Shown: in pieces, positions 13,101 through 25,329 of the stretch
How positions within the stretch are numbered: position 1 is the first letter of the stretch
Layout: each line of letters opens with the position of its first letter
NCBI GenBank assembly: GCA_024679065.1
Contig: JAGIQG010000002.1
Coordinates: 118,854,001-118,918,000 of the forward strand
Source: Sphyrna mokarran
Taxonomy: Eukaryota
Direction: 5' to 3'
DNA: 64,000 bases
The notes under the pieces: generated by a model
What the model was told of the DNA's origin: nothing
The model's database searches: none
Seen by the model: only the letters and a program-made list of their open reading frames with translations
Position numbers and translations under genes: made by a program

Positions 13101-13310
13101 TGTGTTTTCTCTGCTCCTTTTGCAGGTTTCAAAAATCTATTTTTCTTTTGACATTCTCTGGCACCATGTTGCAAGAATGAGCTCAACTTTTTTTGCAGAG
13201 ACTTTTATTGCACTGAGCTTAAGATGGCCGCCTCCAGAGGCAGAGTCCTCATGGCAGTGTCACATGACTGTGGCAATCTAATTAGTTAGCATAGTATTAC
13301 ATTCCCAACA
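10198..13310 (-). mobile_element. Internally deleted Ty3/Gypsy LTR retrotransposon with both LTRs
   Basis: 5'LTR 13167-13310 (TGTTG...CAACA, AATAAA) followed by PBS-like TGGTGCCAG. Homologous 3'LTR at about 10198-10327. Gag relic (LIKDRLALDC..., 11672-11902) and protease relic (QISTGTSFNIM ~ QIDTGAxxNVM, about 11390-11420). Confidence 0.75.
12200..12855. mobile_element. Probable non-autonomous Harbinger-like insertion within the Gypsy element
   Basis: GC-rich block interrupting the gag leader region. Ends (GCCTGGTTTT.../...GAAAATTACC) resemble other Harbinger-like termini in the window. Confidence 0.4.
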
Positions 13311-13819
13311 CTCCTTCAAGCAAACTGCTAAACCTCAGTCTGATGTTAGACTGAATCTTGACAATAGTTTTAATCTGTATTCGTAGGGTAATGATAATGT
13401 TGGTATGAAGGTAACACTCTTCTCACTGAGGTGTGTTAGCATGTGGCCTTTTCTAAAAATCAATTCTTGGGATGTGGGCATTATTGGCATGATTTATATT
13501 TATTGCCCGTAATTGGTCACCCATGAGAAGATAGTGCTGGGCCTCAGTCTAAAGTACTGCAGAACACTTGGTGAAGGATCTCTCTCAGTGTTGTTGGAGA
13601 GTTACAGGTGATTCAGCATCAATGAATGTTATTTGCCAAAGTCAAGATGGTGTTTGCCTTGGAGGGAAATTTGAAGATTTATCTGTTGCCAATTGTCATT
13701 TCAGGCCAGGGGTCTTCAAACTACTGCTTGTGGGCCACATCTGGCCCGCAGTGGGCTGTATCCAGATTGGAGTTTGGAAATCGCTGTTCTAAGTGATGGA
13801 GCTTATGGATTTGGGAAGT

Positions 13820-14150
13820 TTTTTTTATTCATTTGTAGATTGTGGACATGTATTGCCGATCCCTAGTTGCCCAAGGGCAATTGAAAATCAATCACATTGC
13901 TCTGAGGTCATATGTAGGCCAGACTATTGTAAGGATGGCAAATTTCCTTTCCTAAAGGGCATTACTGAATGCGATGAGTTTTTCCGACAGTGGTTTCACG
14001 GTCATCAATAGATTCTTAATTCCAGATGTTTTTTACTGAATTCAAATTCCACCACCTGCTATGGTAGGATTCAAACTCGGGTCCACAGAAAATTAGTTCA
14101 GTTTCTGGATTAATAGCCTAATGATAACACCACTAGACCATCACCACCCC
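13820..14150 (-). mobile_element. tRNA-derived SINE (type C)
   Basis: Homologous to 739-1339, with the same head and the GGGCAACTAGGGATCGGCAATA tail. Confidence 0.75.
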
Positions 14151-16022
14151 AGTTATCAAAGAAGCAGTGAAACCAGGTGTCAAAGAGATGACTCTGTAGC
14201 AAATCTAAGCCAGTTCCTTTACTCTAGAGCCTTCCAAGGTTCATTCTGATGTCAGACTTGGCCTGACTCTTGATTTAGAGTGTTCTTGCTGAATAATTAC
14301 AGTGCTGGTGGGAGGAGAATCCATTTCTCCCTTTGTGCTAGTTAGAATCCATTTCTCCCTTTCATAGTGCCAACTTGAAAGAAATGGGTCAAAATCGGAG
14401 TGAATGTGGATTTCCTTGGAACTTCTTCCTTTCCACTGGTGTGATACCACTGAAGTTCAGCGAGAACCACATTTGTACAAGGCAATGGAGTTTCATCATC
14501 ATTCCAGCTACATAGGAAGTTGCAGTTCTAAGTGAATTGTTGACCATTGAAAACTCCATCCATCCGCCTCATCCATTCTGTGATCACAAAATGTTGACCT
14601 CACCCTCTTTTAAAAATTGTCAGTGCAGCCATCATCTATTTCAATGGCAAACAGGCTTGTGTATTAATGGCCTCTCCCCGTTCTTACTCTTTTTCCATCA
14701 CTGTGAGGTGAAGGGAGAGAGTTTGCATGTCCAACATACAACATAGAGACCCAATAAAGAGGAGGATCCCCGTTCTGGCCTGAGTTAGTTGCTCTTAGCC
14801 GGGGCCACAGCTAATGGGGCAACACCGTATGGTTCTGGAACAAACTGCGATTGCTTGTCCAAGTGACCATTTTTTAATGTGTAAGGTTAAGCAATGAGTT
14901 GGCAAGCTGTTTGAACAATCCAGAAACTACTGATACTCCTGATTGCTGTCACAGTATTATTTCTGGTAAGTGCACGCCATGTAGATTTTGAATTAGGCAT
15001 GGTTGAACTCGGCTACAAAGCCTGCTGCAGTCAAAGAACTTGCAATACTCATTGTCCTGGTCACACACATTAGAAGTGACAAATTTGGCAAGTGAATCAG
15101 TGCCCATGGGACCAAGCATGGAAAGGTGGAAGAGTGCTCAAAGAAAGGGTTATGATTTACTTCCTACTGCATTGATGATACATTTTATTGGAACGTACGT
15201 CTGTTGCCACACAACTCTCTCCCTACACCTCCAACACTCCCCCATCCCATCCCCACTTCTCAAGTGCAGAGACTTAAGTCTACGCAGAAGCAATATTTTT
15301 AGTTTAATGTGAGAATGTCAGACATTAGCTCTGGGCACATAATTCTCACAGAGTTGGAGACAAATATAAGGGACCAGTCCAAATGAAAACTAACTACTAA
15401 AAAATGCAGTTGTGTCTTTTTCACCTTTGGAACACAAAGGGAAATATGGCACCACTCCTGATTTCCAGCATGCTGATGAGAAAGAAGAAGAAAGTTACTG
15501 GATTCACACCGGAATGTGTCTCAGTCTGCAGTAGTTTTAAATCTCTGCACTTGTCTAAAACACACGAGTCCAAGGAGGAGCTGCTCCACTTTAGTGACAC
15601 ACACTTGAACATGAATATAGCTCTTCACTTTAAAACGAGGACCTTCTGTAGAGCTTTCAACATGCTGCTTGTTTCCTGCTGCGATAAGGATGGTTTTCCA
15701 AAAGCAACATTTTTTTTTAAATTCCCCCTTTGAAATTAAGAAAACTATGTTTGACTGAGCCAGTGATGGTCCTTAATTTGCGCTAATCTTTGCCAAACCG
15801 CAAAGATCACTTTAAAGTAAATTGTATTGGGAGTAAAAAAACGCATACCAAATTTAATCAGAGCTGCTCAGAGTATCACAAAATGGTAGTCAGAGTGGTT
15901 AATATCACATTCCATTCATTTTAACCAGTGTCTTGTAGGCAGGGGAGGGCCACCCACCCAGGAAGGGTGGAGACCTACTTAATGTGCTGAGGTTGTGGCC
16001 CAATAAGAGAATAGCTCTTATT

Positions 16023-16365
16023 GGGCAGCATGGTGGCACAGTGGTTAGCATTGCTGCTTCATAGCCCCAGGGATCTGGGTTTGATTCCCAGCTCAGGTCA
16101 CTGTCTGTGTGGATTTTGCACATTCTCCTCGTGTCTGCATGGGTTTCCCCTGGGTAGTTCGGTTTCCTCCCACAGTCCAAAGATGTGCGGGTTAGATTGA
16201 TTGGCCATGCTAAAATTATCCCTTAGAGTCCTGTGATGCGTAGGTTAGAGGGATTAGCGGGTAAATGTGTAGGGATATGGGAGTAGAGCCTGGGTGGCAT
16301 TGTGGTTGGTGCAGACTCAATGGGCTGAAGGGCCTCTTTCTGCACTGTGGGGTTCTATGATCTAT
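16023..16365 (+). mobile_element. Full-length HE1-type V-SINE
   Basis: GGGCAGCATGGTGGCACAGTGGTTAGC (A box), GGTTTGATTCCC (B box), V-domain, tail TGGGCTGAAGGGCCTCTTTCTGCACTGTG...TTCTATG. Confidence 0.93.
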
Positions 16366-16425
16366 AGCTGTTTGAATGCATGGTGCCATGAAGAGAGTTT
16401 AATATTGGAGGGAGTTGAAGGGTGA

Positions 16426-16625
16426 CTTACTCTGACAGAGGATCATTCACCCTCTTCCTGCGCTGGATGATGTTTCGGGCACAGTTGCTAGTCGCACTGA
16501 CGTACTCGATGACGGCCTCCCAGGCCAGAGAGGTGAGGCTGATGTACTTCCTGGACCCCGCCTTGTGTGTTTGCACTCCTCATGGGCCTGATGGCTGAAG
16601 CAGGGGTGCTGTCTTCTTCTGAGGC
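16426..16625 (-). pseudogene. Harbinger-associated Myb/SANT (MSANTD-like) DNA-binding gene relic
   Basis: Minus frame SLAWEAVIEYVSATSNCARNIIQRRKRVNDPLS fits the W-x-x-V...R-x-x-x-Q-x-R-K-R-x-N-D trihelix pattern. It is followed by GTAAGT; the upstream part is disrupted. Harbinger-like terminal sequence continues to about 16895. Confidence 0.7.
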
Positions 16626-17662
16626 TTCAGCCTTCTTCTTGTGACTGGGAAACATCTCTGCACATGTCCTGGAGATAGGTGGGCTGGAGAGAGTGAGATG
16701 TATGTATTGGCTTTTAAATATGGCGGACAAATCAACCCCTGCCCAGCCGTGTGATTGAGTCTGATACTTGCCTGTGAATAATTGTTGAGCTTCCAAGTGC
16801 GGAATCGGGTGTGAGTTCCCGCCATTTTGGCCATTGGGGTGGGAGCTGTTGTCATTATCCACCACCGCATTGAGTTTCATGAATGGAGAATTTCCTTTTT
16901 CCTTCGAAGATCAGGAGGAATGTTACAACAGACTACTGACTCACAATCAAAGTATCTCACAGCTCTACCCCTATGATTCCAAGTTAAAAGACTGCATTAA
17001 AGTTGAACCACTTTTCAAACCTGCTGATAGATTTCCAGCTTCGTTACCATGTTTTTAATTAAAATTGCTTTGCTGTTTTTCTGACAGGATATTTCTCAGC
17101 AGCAACTTGGTGATAGCACTGAAATCAACTGCCACTTGCGAAGGGTGTTGAGATTGCTTCCCTCTGATTCATGGTTTGGAGCGCTGCATTACTTCTGAGA
17201 GAAGCTCTCCATAAGAAATTTCCAACAAAGTCAACGACAAGCAAGATCTGGGAACCTGGCTGCTCCGCACCTCCTTCGCACAGACTGGTTGAGATTTATT
17301 AACAATTAGGGGACATTACATTTAAGTCTGGACACTGCAATTGAGGAAGAATATACTGTCATTGGAGGGGTTCTGCACAGATTCCTCGCTTACGGGATGA
17401 AATTATGAGGCCACTCGCACAGAGTTGGTTTTTATTTATTCTTTTGGACCTAGGCAATATAGATCAGCGTATTTTCAAAATGGTGAGATCTGGAAGGGCA
17501 GAGGTATTGAGGATTCTAGTACAAAAATCACCAAATAAGTTAGTGGATAGGTACGAAAGAGAATTATAAAGGCTAACTAAAGGAGGATGAGGAATGGAAG
17601 TTATGTTACACTGAACAGAGCTCTTGTTAGGTTCAGTGTAGGGTATTGTGTTTAATTATAAA

Positions 17663-17978
17663 ATCATTGAATCATGAAATTTCTACAGTGCAGAAGGAGG
17701 CCATTCGGCCCATCGAGTCTGCACCTACCACAATCCCATCCAACTCCAAATATTTAGCCTGCTCATCCTCTTAACACCAGTGTCAATTTAGCACGGCAAG
17801 CAATCCAACCCACAGACCTTTGGATAGTGGGTGGGGGAAACCGGAGCACCAGAGAAAACCCAAGCAGACAGGGGAGAATGTGCAAACTCCACATGGACAG
17901 TGACCCGAGGCAGGAATTGAACCTGGGTCCCTGGCGCTGTGAGGTAGCAGTGCTAATCACTGTGCCACTGTGCTGCCC
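17663..17978 (-). mobile_element. HE1-type V-SINE
   Basis: Head GGGCAGCACAGTGGCACAGTGATTAGC, V-domain, CR1-like tail. Confidence 0.92.
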
Positions 17979-17984
17979 AAAATT

Positions 17985-18163
17985 GTTATGGATACTTCAT
18001 CTTGCCGGCAGGACAGGTTATATCCAAGAATGGTAATAGTGGTGTCTGGGGTGTTATTTGTAAGGTACGATTCCGTGAGAATGACTACGTTAGGCTGTTG
18101 CTTGACTAGTCTGTGAGACAGATCTCCCAATTTTGGCACCAGCAAAACTGAAATGTTAGCCAA
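17985..18163 (-). mobile_element. CR1-like LINE (family B) APE endonuclease fragment, inverted relative to the adjacent RT piece
   Basis: LGDLSHRLVKQQPNVVILTESYL...TITILGYNLSCRQD, an APE N-terminal D/N-x-x-x-L-T-E motif. Confidence 0.7.
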
Positions 18164-18164
18164 A

Positions 18165-19230
18165 CTGGAATCAATGGGTTTCAGGGGGCAAACTCTCTGC
18201 TGGTTGGAGTTATACCTGGCACATAGGAAGATGGTTGTGCTTATGGAAGGTCAGTCATCTCAGCTCCAGGACATTCCTGCAAGAGTCTATTAGACTAATG
18301 TCCTAGGCCCAGCCAGCTTCAGCTGCTGCATCAATGACCTTCCCTCCGTCATAATGTCAGAAGTGGGGATGTTCGCTGCTGATTGCACGATGTTCAGCAC
18401 CATTTGCGAATCCTCAGTTACTGAAGTAGCCCATTTTCAAATGCAACAAGATCTGAACAGTATCCAGGCTTGGACTGACAAGTAGCAACCAACATTCAAG
18501 TCACCCAAATGTTAGACATTGACTATCACCACTAAAAGACAGTCCAACCCTTGATATTCAATGATGTTACCATTAATGAATCCCCCACTGTCAACATCCT
18601 TGGGTTTACCATTAACCAGAAATTCACTGGATCCACCACACAAACACAGCAGCTACAAGAGCAAGTCAGAAGCTAGGAATACTGCGGGAAGCAACTCACG
18701 TCCTGACTCCCCAAAGCCTGCCCACCACCTTGTACAAGGTACAAGTCAGAGTATGATGGAATACTTCCCACTTACCTGGATACGTGCAGCTCTAAAAACA
18801 CTCAAGAAGCTTGACACTATCCAGGACAATGCAGCTCCTTAATTGGCACCACATCCACAAACATCCACTCTCTCCACCACTGACACTTATTGCAGCAGTG
18901 TGTACTATCTACAAGATGCACTGCAGTAATTCCATGACTACTTCCATCAAGAAATATAAGGGCAGCAGGTATGTGGGAATACCACCACCTGCAATTTCTC
19001 TTCCAAGTCATTTACCATCCTGATTTGAAAATGTATTGCCATTCCTTTGCAGTTGCTGGGTCAAAAACCTGGAATTCCCTCCCTAACTGCACTGTGGGTC
19101 AACTCACAGCAAATAGACTGCAGTGATTCAAGAAGGTGGCTCACCACCACTTTCTCAAGGGCAACTAGGAATGGGCAATAAATGCTGGCCTAGCCAGCGA
19201 TGCCCATGTCCCACAAAAGAATTAAAAAAC
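18165..19230 (+). mobile_element. CR1-like LINE (family B) RT and 3' end
   Basis: VLGPASFSCCINDLPS...GMFAADC (degenerate FADD). Tail CAAGGGCAACTAGGAATGGGCAATAAATGCTGGCC...AAAAAA. Confidence 0.85.
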
Positions 19231-19231
19231 A

Positions 19232-19680
19232 CAATATATTGGCTTTGAAGGGGATGCAGTAGAGATTCACCAAAACAATATCAGGCTTAAAAGGTTAAAT
19301 TAGGAAGAAACATTGCTTGACTTCCTTTGAATATAGAAGATTAAGGGGTGATCGAATTGAGGTGTTTAAGATGTTTGAAGAATTTGATAGGGCAGTCAGA
19401 GGAAAATGATTTTCTCTGGTGGGGCCTTCCAGAACACAAAAGAATATAACTTTAAAATCAGAGATGAGAGAAAATAATTCTAGAATTATTTTACATCTAA
19501 TACCAAAATATTGAGGTTAGGTCATTTGAAACCTGTGATCGTTAGGCATTTGTTAGTTAAGGATATTAAATGTAGGGAACCATGATAGGCAAATGGAGTT
19601 AAGATACAAAGCAACCACAATCTAGTTGAATGGCAGGACAAGCTTAAGGAACTGAGTGATCTTGTACCTATGGAAAAGCC
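19232..19680 (+). mobile_element. Old CR1 3' relic (continuation of about 17480-17660)
   Basis: Degenerate RRLRGDRIEVFKM motif (AGAAGATTAAGGGGTGATCGAATTGAGGTG). Confidence 0.65.
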
Positions 19681-19883
19681 TGAGTATATGGCAAAATAAA
19701 TTAATAGAATGAGTGGAAATAGGGAGGGGAGAACAGAGAGAGAAATAGAGAGAGAGGTTGAAACTTTATCCCTGGAATCAGGCAGGTGAGGTCCCCAGAA
19801 CAGAAATCTCCATTAGTCTCTGGTGGAATTTTACAATCTCACCCAAGCAAGGCAGTAAAATCCTGTCCACAGAGTTTGAGTTG

Positions 19884-20075
19884 AAGTTTGTTTATTATTG
19901 TCAAAGGTAGGCTTACATTAACACTGCAATGAAGTTACCGTGAAAATCCCCTAGCCTCTACACTCTGGGGCCTGTTCAGGTACACTGAGGGAGAATTCAG
20001 CGCGGCCAATGCACCTAACCAGCATGTCTTTCAGACTGTGGGTGGAAACCGGAGAATGTGCAAACTCTACACGGG
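19884..20075 (-). mobile_element. V-SINE type B, 5'-truncated
   Basis: Type B tail plus partial V-domain. Confidence 0.8.
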
Positions 20076-21384
20076 GATGTAAAACATGAAAGATAATAAT
20101 CGTTCTATTTTTTCACATCCATGTTTGGGAGGAAGAAAATGATCAGTCACGTTCTTCAATGCTGGGAGTCTGGATGTTTATAAAATAGAGACACCATTGC
20201 GTTATCCACCTAAAATGGGAAAATACTGTATACCTTCACATAGAAGGTTCACACACAAAAAATGATCATTTGGATGGGGTAATGCAGAATCGCAAGGATC
20301 AATATTTTTAGGGAAAAGAAATGACAGAGGGAAATGTAATTTGAAAAGAAAATCAGGGTGGGGGAGCAGAGGGGATGGGGAAGAGAATTGAAAAGCAAAG
20401 GGAAGCTAACTCGTGGAATTCAGTGTCTCCTCGGATAGAGCCAAGCATCAGGATAAAAGTCACTGCACTCTCATCAACACCGCAGTATCCCTCAGGCAAA
20501 TCACCAGAAACATTTTCTAGCCTCCATTTAGATTCAGGGGAACTGTACGAAGAAAAATAACTGCAGTTAATGGCAGGAAAGCCCTGTACAGCTGGCTGTA
20601 GTTAATAATAGCAATCTGAAAGCTCGGTGCTAGCCACCCCCTTGTAATGGGAAGCATCATTGCGCAGAATTACAGACGGAAATGATTGTACATTTATTAT
20701 TATTATTAAAACAGGGATAAAGTACCTCCATCGACCATCAATATATGTTATGGGCATTGAAAGGGAAGCTCAGTGATTGAAATCCATCCCTTTGAAAGAG
20801 AGACACTATTATCCCTCAGCAGGGCACACCTGGCTAGAAAATGGCAAGGGGCCAATTTGCATCTGTTTAGGACTGGCAGAGCAATCTAGTGACTAATTGC
20901 AGAGACTGCAGGTGTGACTGGAACTGTAATAAGTAACCAATCGCAGTAATTAATCTGCTAGGCTGGAGCTGAAGAGCTAACAGCTGGACATTAGGGGACG
21001 GGCACATCTGGTAAATTGTATCGCTCTTTGGTGCCGCCTCCCCCTCCACCCCTCCCTTCTCCATTGTGCGGCATCATTAAGGGATAAATTGTGCGACGGT
21101 GGCCCATCCAGCCTGGGTCACCCAGTGAGAGGCTGCAGCAATGCTCTCTCCCTAAACAAATCCTGGCAGTCACTCCAGTTTCCACGGATTATACTCCGAG
21201 TTATTGGGCAATTCAGATTGTAGGCCTTCAGCACACAGAAGGTTTACGCAGGTTTCCCTCCAGATAATTTGCAAATTCAGTATGAATAGTGTACAATTTC
21301 AAAAGCTGCAGTCTTCACGCACTCACTCGGATGCTGAATATAGTGTCAGGCTCGAAGTTCCCAATGCCCTGACCTCCATCTTTA

Positions 21385-21745
21385 TCTTTTTGATTTGATT
21401 TGATTTATTATTGTCACATGTATTGGGACCCAGTGAAAAGTATTGTTTCTTGCGCGCAATATGGACAAAACGTACCGTTCATAGTGTACATAGGGGAAAA
21501 GGAAAGGAGAAGGTGCACACTGTAGCGTTACAGTCATAGCTAGTTTGTAGAGAAAGATCAACTTAATATGAATTAAGTCCATTCAAAAGTCAGGCGGCAG
21601 CAGGGAAGAAGCTGTTCTTGAGTCGGTTGTTATGTAATTTACAACTTTTGTATCATTTTTCCTAATGGAAAAAATGTGGAAGAGAGTTCTCTGAGTTGTG
21701 TGGATCCTTGATTATGCTGGCTGTGTTTCCAGACCAGCAGAAAGT
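21385..21745 (-). mobile_element. Rex1/Babar LINE 3' end
   Basis: Minus-strand tail TACATGTGACAATAATAAATCAAATCAAATC, homologous to 30920-31187. Confidence 0.8.
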
Positions 21746-22244
21746 ATACAAATCTTTGACACAGAAAATCTCTAATATATCCACAAAATCAAAACCATCC
21801 TTGTAGCTTTTGTTGCATCCTCTACTCTTTTCAGTCCATTGTCCCATTTTGCTTCCCTCCTTCTTCCCTCATATTACTCTTCCTAACTCCATCAAGCTCA
21901 CTTCTACTGTTAAGGCTGGTACTTTTTCCTTTTCAACAGTTCCTGGCTACCGTAATGCTCATTGACATCACTAATATTATCTAAAACTGTCCCTGGCTTA
22001 CTCCATCCCAGTACTGCAGGCATTCTTACCATTTATCTCTTTACCAAAGTACTGCACGTCATTCTTATCTTTTCTCTCTTGATCCCAGTAATATGGTCCA
22101 TTCCTCCCGAATGTCACTTTGTACCTGTGCATTGTAGGCTCTCCTTTGCAAGTTTCTCTGCCCTTTGGAAGTTTCTCCTTAAACAGCTTCTTCCCAGCCG
22201 CCATCAGACTTTTGTCTTGCCATTCAACTAGATCATGGCTGTTT

Positions 22245-22450
22245 AAGGAGAGACTTTTGAATGGACCTACTTTATATTAAGTTCATCTTTCTCTACACAC
22301 TAGCTATGACTGTAACACTGCATTCTGCGCTCTCTTCTTTCCTTCTCCCCATATACTCTGTGAACGGTATGCTTTTTCTCTATAGCATGCAAAGAACAAT
22401 ATTTTTCACTGGATCCCAATACATGTGACAATAATAAATTCAATTAAAAC
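22245..22450 (+). mobile_element. Rex1/Babar LINE 3' end
   Basis: GACTTTTGAATGGACC...ATACATGTGACAATAATAAA. Confidence 0.8.
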
Positions 22451-22647
22451 CAACTGCATGAACTCGCCAACAGCGCCATGGGACTTAATGGATTTTGGTG
22501 ATTCAAAGTGGTGGATAACTACACATTTAGCAATGGGCAGCAACTACTGGCCTTATCAGTAATGATCGCGTCCCATGATCAAATAAATAAAGAAAAAACT
22601 TGTCAGTATTTTACCATCTGAAAACATCTCTAGAAGAACAAGCAATG

Positions 22648-23236
22648 CATGGTGGCACAATGGTTAGCACTGCTGCCTCACAGCACCAGGGACCTGGGTT
22701 CAATTCCAGCTTGAGTCACTGCCCATGTGAAGTCTGTATGTTCTCCCTGTGTCTGCATGGGTTTACTCTGAGTTCTCTGGTTTCCTCCCATACTCTGAAA
22801 GACTTGCTGGTTAGGTGCATTAACCATGCTGAATTCTCCCTCAGTGTCCTTGAACAGGGTGTGGCAACTGGGGGATTTTCACAGTAACTTCATTGCCGTG
22901 TTCATTTAAGTAAAGTTCATTTATTAGTCACAATAACATTATAGTAACATTGCAAGGAAGTTACTGTGAAAGTCCCATAGTCGCCACACTCCGGCACATA
23001 TTTGAGTACATCGAGGGAGAATTTAGCATGGCAATCCACCTAACCCGTGTGTTTTTCAGACTCTGGGAGGAAACTGGAGCACCCGGAGGAAACCCATGCA
23101 GACATGAGAACATACAAACTCCACACAGGCAGCGACCCAAGCTGGGAATTGAACCCCGGTCCCTGGTGCTGTGAGGCAGCTGTGCTAAGCACTGTGCCTA
23201 ATGTAAGCCTACTTGTGGCACTATTAAATAAACTTA
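22648..23236 (+). mobile_element. V-SINE type B, split by an antiparallel V-SINE type B
   Basis: Head at 22648. The tail breaks after CTTCATTGCCGTGTTCATTTAAG and resumes at 23200 with TAATGTAAGCCTACTTGTGGCAC. Confidence 0.85.
22911..23199 (-). mobile_element. V-SINE type B (nested)
   Basis: Complete head, V-domain and type B tail on the minus strand. Confidence 0.85.
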
Positions 23237-24894
23237 ATTTGGACTTTGCAGCAATATGATGATTGTCACCGCTGAAACTGACAGCAATTTCTGGAGTCCG
23301 TAAATGCGTAGTTCTAATGTGGAAATCCAGAAATTACAATCAGTGATTCTACACTTCTCCACAGGGTGTGCTGCTGATGTCCTAATAGGTTGCAATTGAA
23401 TAGAAATCACTGAACTGATGAAAGCTTGTCTTTTCAGGTTATTAGTTTTTCAGTTAAAAACTCTTGGCAAAGTTATACCATGTTAAATCAATGTAACAGA
23501 GAACAAGTTCACAATTGCTCCTAAATAGCCATATTACCCTGAAAAGCTAATTTTATGTTTGTGAAATGTCAACTAATTCCTTATGATAAAAATTATATTT
23601 TTATCATAAGACAACAGTTAAAAATTCCTAGTTAAAAGTCATATATGTCAATGTACTCCAAAGATACAGTTTATTTCCAATGGTTAAGTGACGTCAATAA
23701 GTCTTGAATGGCCTGTTTGATTGAAACGTTTGCAAGGCTCTATTAGTACCAGTTCTTTTTTTCAAAAATGATAAATGGGTGTTGTTTTTCCTGCGTAGTT
23801 TCACCCATGCTATTGTTACTATAGGGATTATTGATTCTGTACAGAGTGCATACTGAGTAAATGGGTATAGAAGGATCATGAGTTGACATGGAGGGTTTGA
23901 TGGGCCATTGGTATAGTTGGGACATGGGGGCATGAGTGGAGTATGATGGGCTGTGAAAAGTGAGGGCTAGAGGGCTTGAAATGTGATCAAGCAACAGGTT
24001 TTAATGAGTTTGCCTCACTTGCCAATGTGACTGCCTCCAACTTTATTCTGCTTGGCACTGTCCCACATCTGCCTTCCCAGAGCAACTAGTGCACAAAGGG
24101 ACATTTACACCGAGGCAGGGCTGCAGGACCGGGAGATTTTCCCACTTAGTAGTAAACATCTAGCTTTGTGTCTTTGTCTACTGTGTTCTACCTCCATCTC
24201 TTGGACATTTGTTTCCAAACTCTCTTGCCAGTCACACATTTGGTCTTAACCCAATAATATTTCCCCCTCTGCTGCTAAACATTGTCCAATTTTCCTTTAA
24301 ACATCTCACTACCCTAAGTGAGGAAGATTTTACATGTAGAATGTAAGCATACACCTTTGACACATATTTTTGTTGCTTGAATATTTAGGTGTCCCTTTTA
24401 TTAAGTAGGCTGTCAACTCAAAACAATTGAATTCTCCCTGCAAAAAGTCCGCAGTCCCAATTCCTAATTAAAGCTTCTGTCGTCAACAATTAAAAAGTTG
24501 ACCCTGAGGCCAAAATGGGTGATATCAAATAAATCCATATGTACCCTGGATTAGCACTAACTCTATCACAGGTCTTTGTTCTTCCCGTAATGTTATGAAG
24601 AGAGCCTAATTAGATGTTTCGTGTCACGGGGATTAAGGATTTGATTGAAAATAACATGAAACATGAGGAGGAGAAGAATTGTAATCCCAAACCAAGTGCA
24701 TGGCCTTTGGCTCCTCTCCAACGAGCAAATAAGATGAAAAAGTGGATTGGTGAGAAGAGTTGCATCCATACAGTGTTTATTGTGACCTCAAGATGTCCCA
24801 CAGTGCTCTCCAACCAATCTTCTACTTCCAAGTTGTCAGTTTGCATATGGCAAGGCTCCGCAAACAGAAAAACTAAATGGGTCACATGATCTTT

Positions 24895-25265
24895 TTATTG
24901 ATATTGGTTGAGGGATGAATATAGTGAGGATATAGGGGAGAACTGCCATACTGGAGCATCATGACACATTTTATGTCCACCTGAGATGTCAGAGGTTGGC
25001 TTCATGTCACTTCTGAAGAGCAGCATCTCTGAAATGTGGCACTCCAAGTAAGAAGTATCACAACACCAGGTTAAAGTCCAACCTGTTGGAAAGTCAGGGT
25101 TGCATTTTAATCTGGTGTTGTGAGACGTCTTACTGTATTTACCCCAATCCAGCGCTGGCACCTCTACAATGTGGCACTCCCTCAGTGCTGCTAGGTATCA
25201 GCCTGGATTTTGTGCTGAAGTCTTTGCAGTGGGACATATTTGAATCTGCAGGCAATTGAACATAG
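24895..25265 (-). mobile_element. DeuSINE (SacSINE1/AmnSINE1-like) relic, split by a Penelope-like insertion
   Basis: Minus strand resembles the Deu core: AGACTTCAGCACAAAATCCAGGCTGA...CTGAGGGAGTGC...CTCAGGTGGACATAAAA...ATCCCTCAACCAATATCA. Confidence 0.7.
25046..25167 (+). mobile_element. Penelope-like family A palindromic mini-element
   Basis: Inverted arms. 13-bp TSD AATGTGGCACTCC at 25033-25045 and 25168-25180. Confidence 0.8.
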
Positions 25266-25329
25266 CCAAAGTTGCTACCAATGAACAGTTGACATTGAAC
25301 ACTACAGTGCATCTTGTAAGCAGCTAGCC

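Noticed and set aside
16023-16100. tRNA genes at SINE heads
   Set aside because: A/B boxes continue into V-domain or SINE bodies and do not form complete cloverleafs with terminators.
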